Below the pieces are notes generated by a model. That model was not told the DNA's origin, did not search any database, and saw nothing but the letters and a program-made list of their open reading frames with translations. DNA of 64,000 nt from an uncultured Pseudomonadota bacterium (lineage in GTDB: Bacteria; Myxococcota_A; UBA796; SXON01), in the NCBI GenBank assembly GCA_903885375.1, contig CAISIK010000054.1:3403-67402 (forward strand). Direction: 5' to 3'. The number at the start of each line of letters is the position of its first letter. The first letter of the stretch is position 1. The translations under genes were made by a program, and so were the position numbers. Below, in pieces: positions 63,289 to 64,000 of the stretch.

Positions 63289-64000
63289 TCAGACGGTCCT
63301 GCGCTTGGACGAAGGGGGAATTCCCAACGCCTCGCGGTACTTGGCCACGGTCCTGCGGGCGATGTCGATGTTCTCGCGCTTCAGGAGCCCGACGACCTGA
63401 TCGTCGGACAAGGGCGCGGCCCCGTCTTCACCCGAAATCAGCTTCTTGATCCTGCGCTTCACGGCCTCGGCGGCCACCTGCTCGCCGTGCACGGCGTTCA
63501 CGCCGTTGTTGAAGAAGTACTTGAGCTCGTACAGCCCCTGCGGGCACTGCACGTACTTGTTGCTCGTCACGCGGGAGACGGTGCTCTCGTGCACGCCCAC
63601 CTCCTCGGCGACATCCTTGAGCACCATCGGCTTGAGGAAGTCGGGCCCGCGCTCGAAGAAGGCTTCCTGCCGCCGGAGGATCGAGCGCATCACCTTGCCG
63701 ATCGTGTCCTGGCGCCGCCAGATCGACTTCAGCAGGAAGTCGGCGCTCGACAGCCGCTCCTTGATGTAGTCGCGCTCGGCGCGGGTGCTGTCCTTGCCGG
63801 TGAGCACGTTCTGGTAGTAGCGGGAAATGCGAAGTTTCGGCATCCCATCTTCATTCTGGGAGACCTGCCACTCGTCGCCGATCTTGAAGACGTACACATC
63901 CGGCGAGATGTACTGGGGCTCGCTGCCGGTGTAGTTCCGGCCCGGCCAGGGCTCCAGCAGCTTGAGCATCTTGTGGTACTCCACCACGTCCTCGTCTTCG
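63289..64000 (-). CDS. rpoN: RNA polymerase sigma-54 factor, C-terminal part (gene continues beyond the window)
   Basis: 'LKDVAEEVGVHESTVSRVTSNKYVQCPQGLYELKYFF' is the HTH and 'ARRTVAKYREALGI' is the RpoN box. Confidence 0.92.
   Translation of the reverse strand, partial: EDEDVVEYHKMLKLLEPWPGRNYTGSEPQYISPDVYVFKIGDEWQVSQNEDGMPKLRISRYYQNVLTGKDSTRAERDYIKERLSSADFLLKSIWRRQDTIGKVMRSILRRQEAFFERGPDFLKPMVLKDVAEEVGVHESTVSRVTSNKYVQCPQGLYELKYFFNNGVNAVHGEQVAAEAVKRRIKKLISGEDGAAPLSDDQVVGLLKRENIDIARRTVAKYREALGIPPSSKRRTV

Overview
This is a 64-kb stretch of high-GC (about 70% by eye) Gram-negative chromosome. The gene content (BamA/Skp/LpxD/FabZ/Lol, sigma-54) together with a MopE-type Cys-rich/FG-GAP repeat protein suggests a Myxococcota-like origin, which is an inference. 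All calls rest on reading the supplied ORF translations and the DNA by eye; no searches were run. Many long ORFs in the track are GC-driven shadow frames and were ignored.

Layout:
- 1-6437: accessory island abutting the 3' end of a tmRNA gene (6438-6806, minus strand). It carries two XRE regulators, a translationally coupled three-gene module (PD-(D/E)xK-like/wHTH protein, nucleotidyltransferase-fold protein, small Cys protein), a macro-domain protein, a VOC protein, and a large serine recombinase interrupted by an in-frame TGA at a conserved Trp position.
- 6807-7744: about 940 bp with no credible ORF, containing repeated motifs.
- 7.7-29.6 kb: housekeeping genes. These are GrpB, a DHH phosphoesterase, a DEAD-box helicase, tandem HDOD paralogues, a large membrane protein cluster, the fabZ-lpxD-skp-bamA-lolD-lolCE envelope operon, lysS, TetR, asparaginase and an FGE-like protein.
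- 29.7-35.6 kb: operon of a giant double-ATPase acyl-CoA-dehydratase-activase-like protein, a dehydratase-like partner and an acyltransferase.
- 35.7-37.2 kb: an alpha/beta hydrolase gene bracketed by 284-bp direct repeats, followed by metK.
- 38.6-46.9 kb: potABCD, a redoxin, a PuuB-like FAD oxidase and an uncharacterised GNAT-like gene.
- 46.96-50.27 kb: a translationally coupled pair with locally lower GC, encoding a P-loop (ORC/Cdc6/STAND-like) ATPase and a 681-aa helical-repeat protein. This is my best candidate for an undescribed (defence-like) system.
- 50.3-64 kb: a 920-aa MopE/FG-GAP surface protein, prolyl oligopeptidase, 51-bp tandem hairpin repeats next to an HUH (IS200/RAYT-like) gene with an in-frame TAG, a GNAT-like::GABA-aminotransferase fusion, an aldehyde dehydrogenase, cbpA-like, hpf and partial rpoN.
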